A DNA stretch of 64,000 nt, from assembly GCA_013239625.1 (NCBI GenBank), contig MU053934.1:12123413-12187412 (forward strand), written 5' to 3'. This DNA comes from Lama guanicoe (taxonomy: Eukaryota). A program made the position numbers and the translations under genes. The notes below the pieces were generated by a model. That model did no database searches and was not told where the DNA came from. It saw only the letters and a program-made list of their open reading frames with translations. Below are positions 62,961 to 64,000 of this stretch, piece by piece; position 1 is the stretch's first letter; every line of letters begins with the position of its first letter.

Positions 62961-63579
62961 CTCCCCGACGCGAACTCGTGATAAGGACAGAGAAGCACGT
63001 CCTCAGAGCAGTTGCCTTGGAGCACCTGCCCCACCTGAAGAATGTCTGTGCTGCCCTCATCTCCCCAAGACGCCTCCATTCTGGTGAAAGTTAAGGCGTC
63101 CCCCTGGGGAGGACGGGGCGGTGGGTGGGCGTGCCAGCTGTCCCCACGAGCTTCGAGCCCTACAAGGGTCCTGTCCCGGCACTAAACCCTCTCACACACG
63201 GGAGCTGCCGGCCCTGTCCCCCCGGGGGGGCCTGGGGGCAGGGGGCGTGGCTTCTGTGGATCACCAGGAGTCTGTCCCTGACCCAGAAACCTTGTCTGGG
63301 AGGAGCCCACAGCTGCAGTCACATGATGGGGGCACACTGACCGTGTGGCTGCGGGAGAGATTTTCACCGTGCGTGTCTGCATTTCTTGAGTTTTGGAAGT
63401 ATTACTATTTCAGAAGTGCAGCCGAAATGTAGTGCCTCAGCTGTGAGTCTCCACGTGGGGCCAGGACTGGGGCAGGAAACAAGGCTGGCTTGAGCGTGTC
63501 AAAGGCAAGGGACTCATGCTCCAAATCCAAAATAAACATACAAAGCGCCCCGCACACCCCAGCCCCAAACAGCACTTAC

Positions 63580-63671
63580 CTTGACCGCCTTGTCCGTCAA
63601 TTGTCTTGCTATTTTGTATTTGTCTAACTTGGGGGAAGAAAGCAAGTCTTGGGGAATTCCTCGTTTTAACT
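63580..63671 (-). CDS. TTLL8: TTLL8 coding exon (first in window; upstream exons are beyond the window), (E)LKRGIPQDLLSSPKLDKYKIARQLTDKAVK
   Basis: Acceptor tctcttgcag|AG, donor AAG|gtaagt. 92 nt, phase 1 in and phase 0 out. Resembles the recalled human TTLL8 segment YKIARQLTEKAIK. Confidence 0.92.
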
Positions 63672-64000
63672 CTGCAAGAGAGAAACGGACATCGGGGCAA
63701 AGGGCAGAGCAAAGTGACACCTGACGCAGAGACACCAGCCTAACCCCAGCGTCCAGTCCGCCTACTGCCCACCCCGCCCGTCCCCAACTCCGTCCTGACC
63801 TCAGGGGCCGCGCAGGGCCCCCACAGTCCTGCCCCCATGCCCCCCTGCCCACGCTCCCGGGCCTCGCCCGCTCTGTGCCTTTTGCCTGCGCTCCCCGGTT
63901 GCTGTGGCCTTGTGGCCTGTCTCTGCTCTCTGGGATCCCCACCCTCTGTCAGCCACTCAGTTGCCCCTCAGCCTCAGCCTGGCCCTGCCCTCCCCGCCAC

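Overview
Mammalian, GC-rich, repeat-laden genomic DNA. It is probably from a camelid, judged from two tRNA-derived SINE copies with an AAACCTAATTAC tail (family recalled from memory). The minus strand carries 12 coding exons of TTLL8 (tubulin glycylase) from 63671 down to the stop at 14191. Every splice phase joins in frame, giving 2348 coding nt (about 781 aa); the 5' exon(s) lie beyond the right edge. Only 1.8 kb past the TTLL8 stop, also on the minus strand, are the first two coding exons of IL17REL: a signal-peptide exon (12258-12359) and a 28-nt microexon (8437-8464). The rest of IL17REL lies beyond the left edge, and the TTLL8-IL17REL order matches human 22q13.33. Introns hold old L1 fragments (mostly antisense to the genes), MLT1, MER21 and LTR40-type LTRs, a 2.1-kb CA-rich repeat with a 26-bp period, and a 56-bp GC-rich minisatellite. 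I cannot support a new multi-gene system. The best leads are a C-x2-C-x9-C-x2-C motif in the isolated TTLL8 terminal exon, two rare GAG splice acceptors, the tight TTLL8/IL17REL junction lacking a canonical polyA signal, CpG islands and GC bursts written onto dead retroelements, and a two-LTR mini-element. Family names and human protein comparisons are from memory, not database searches.
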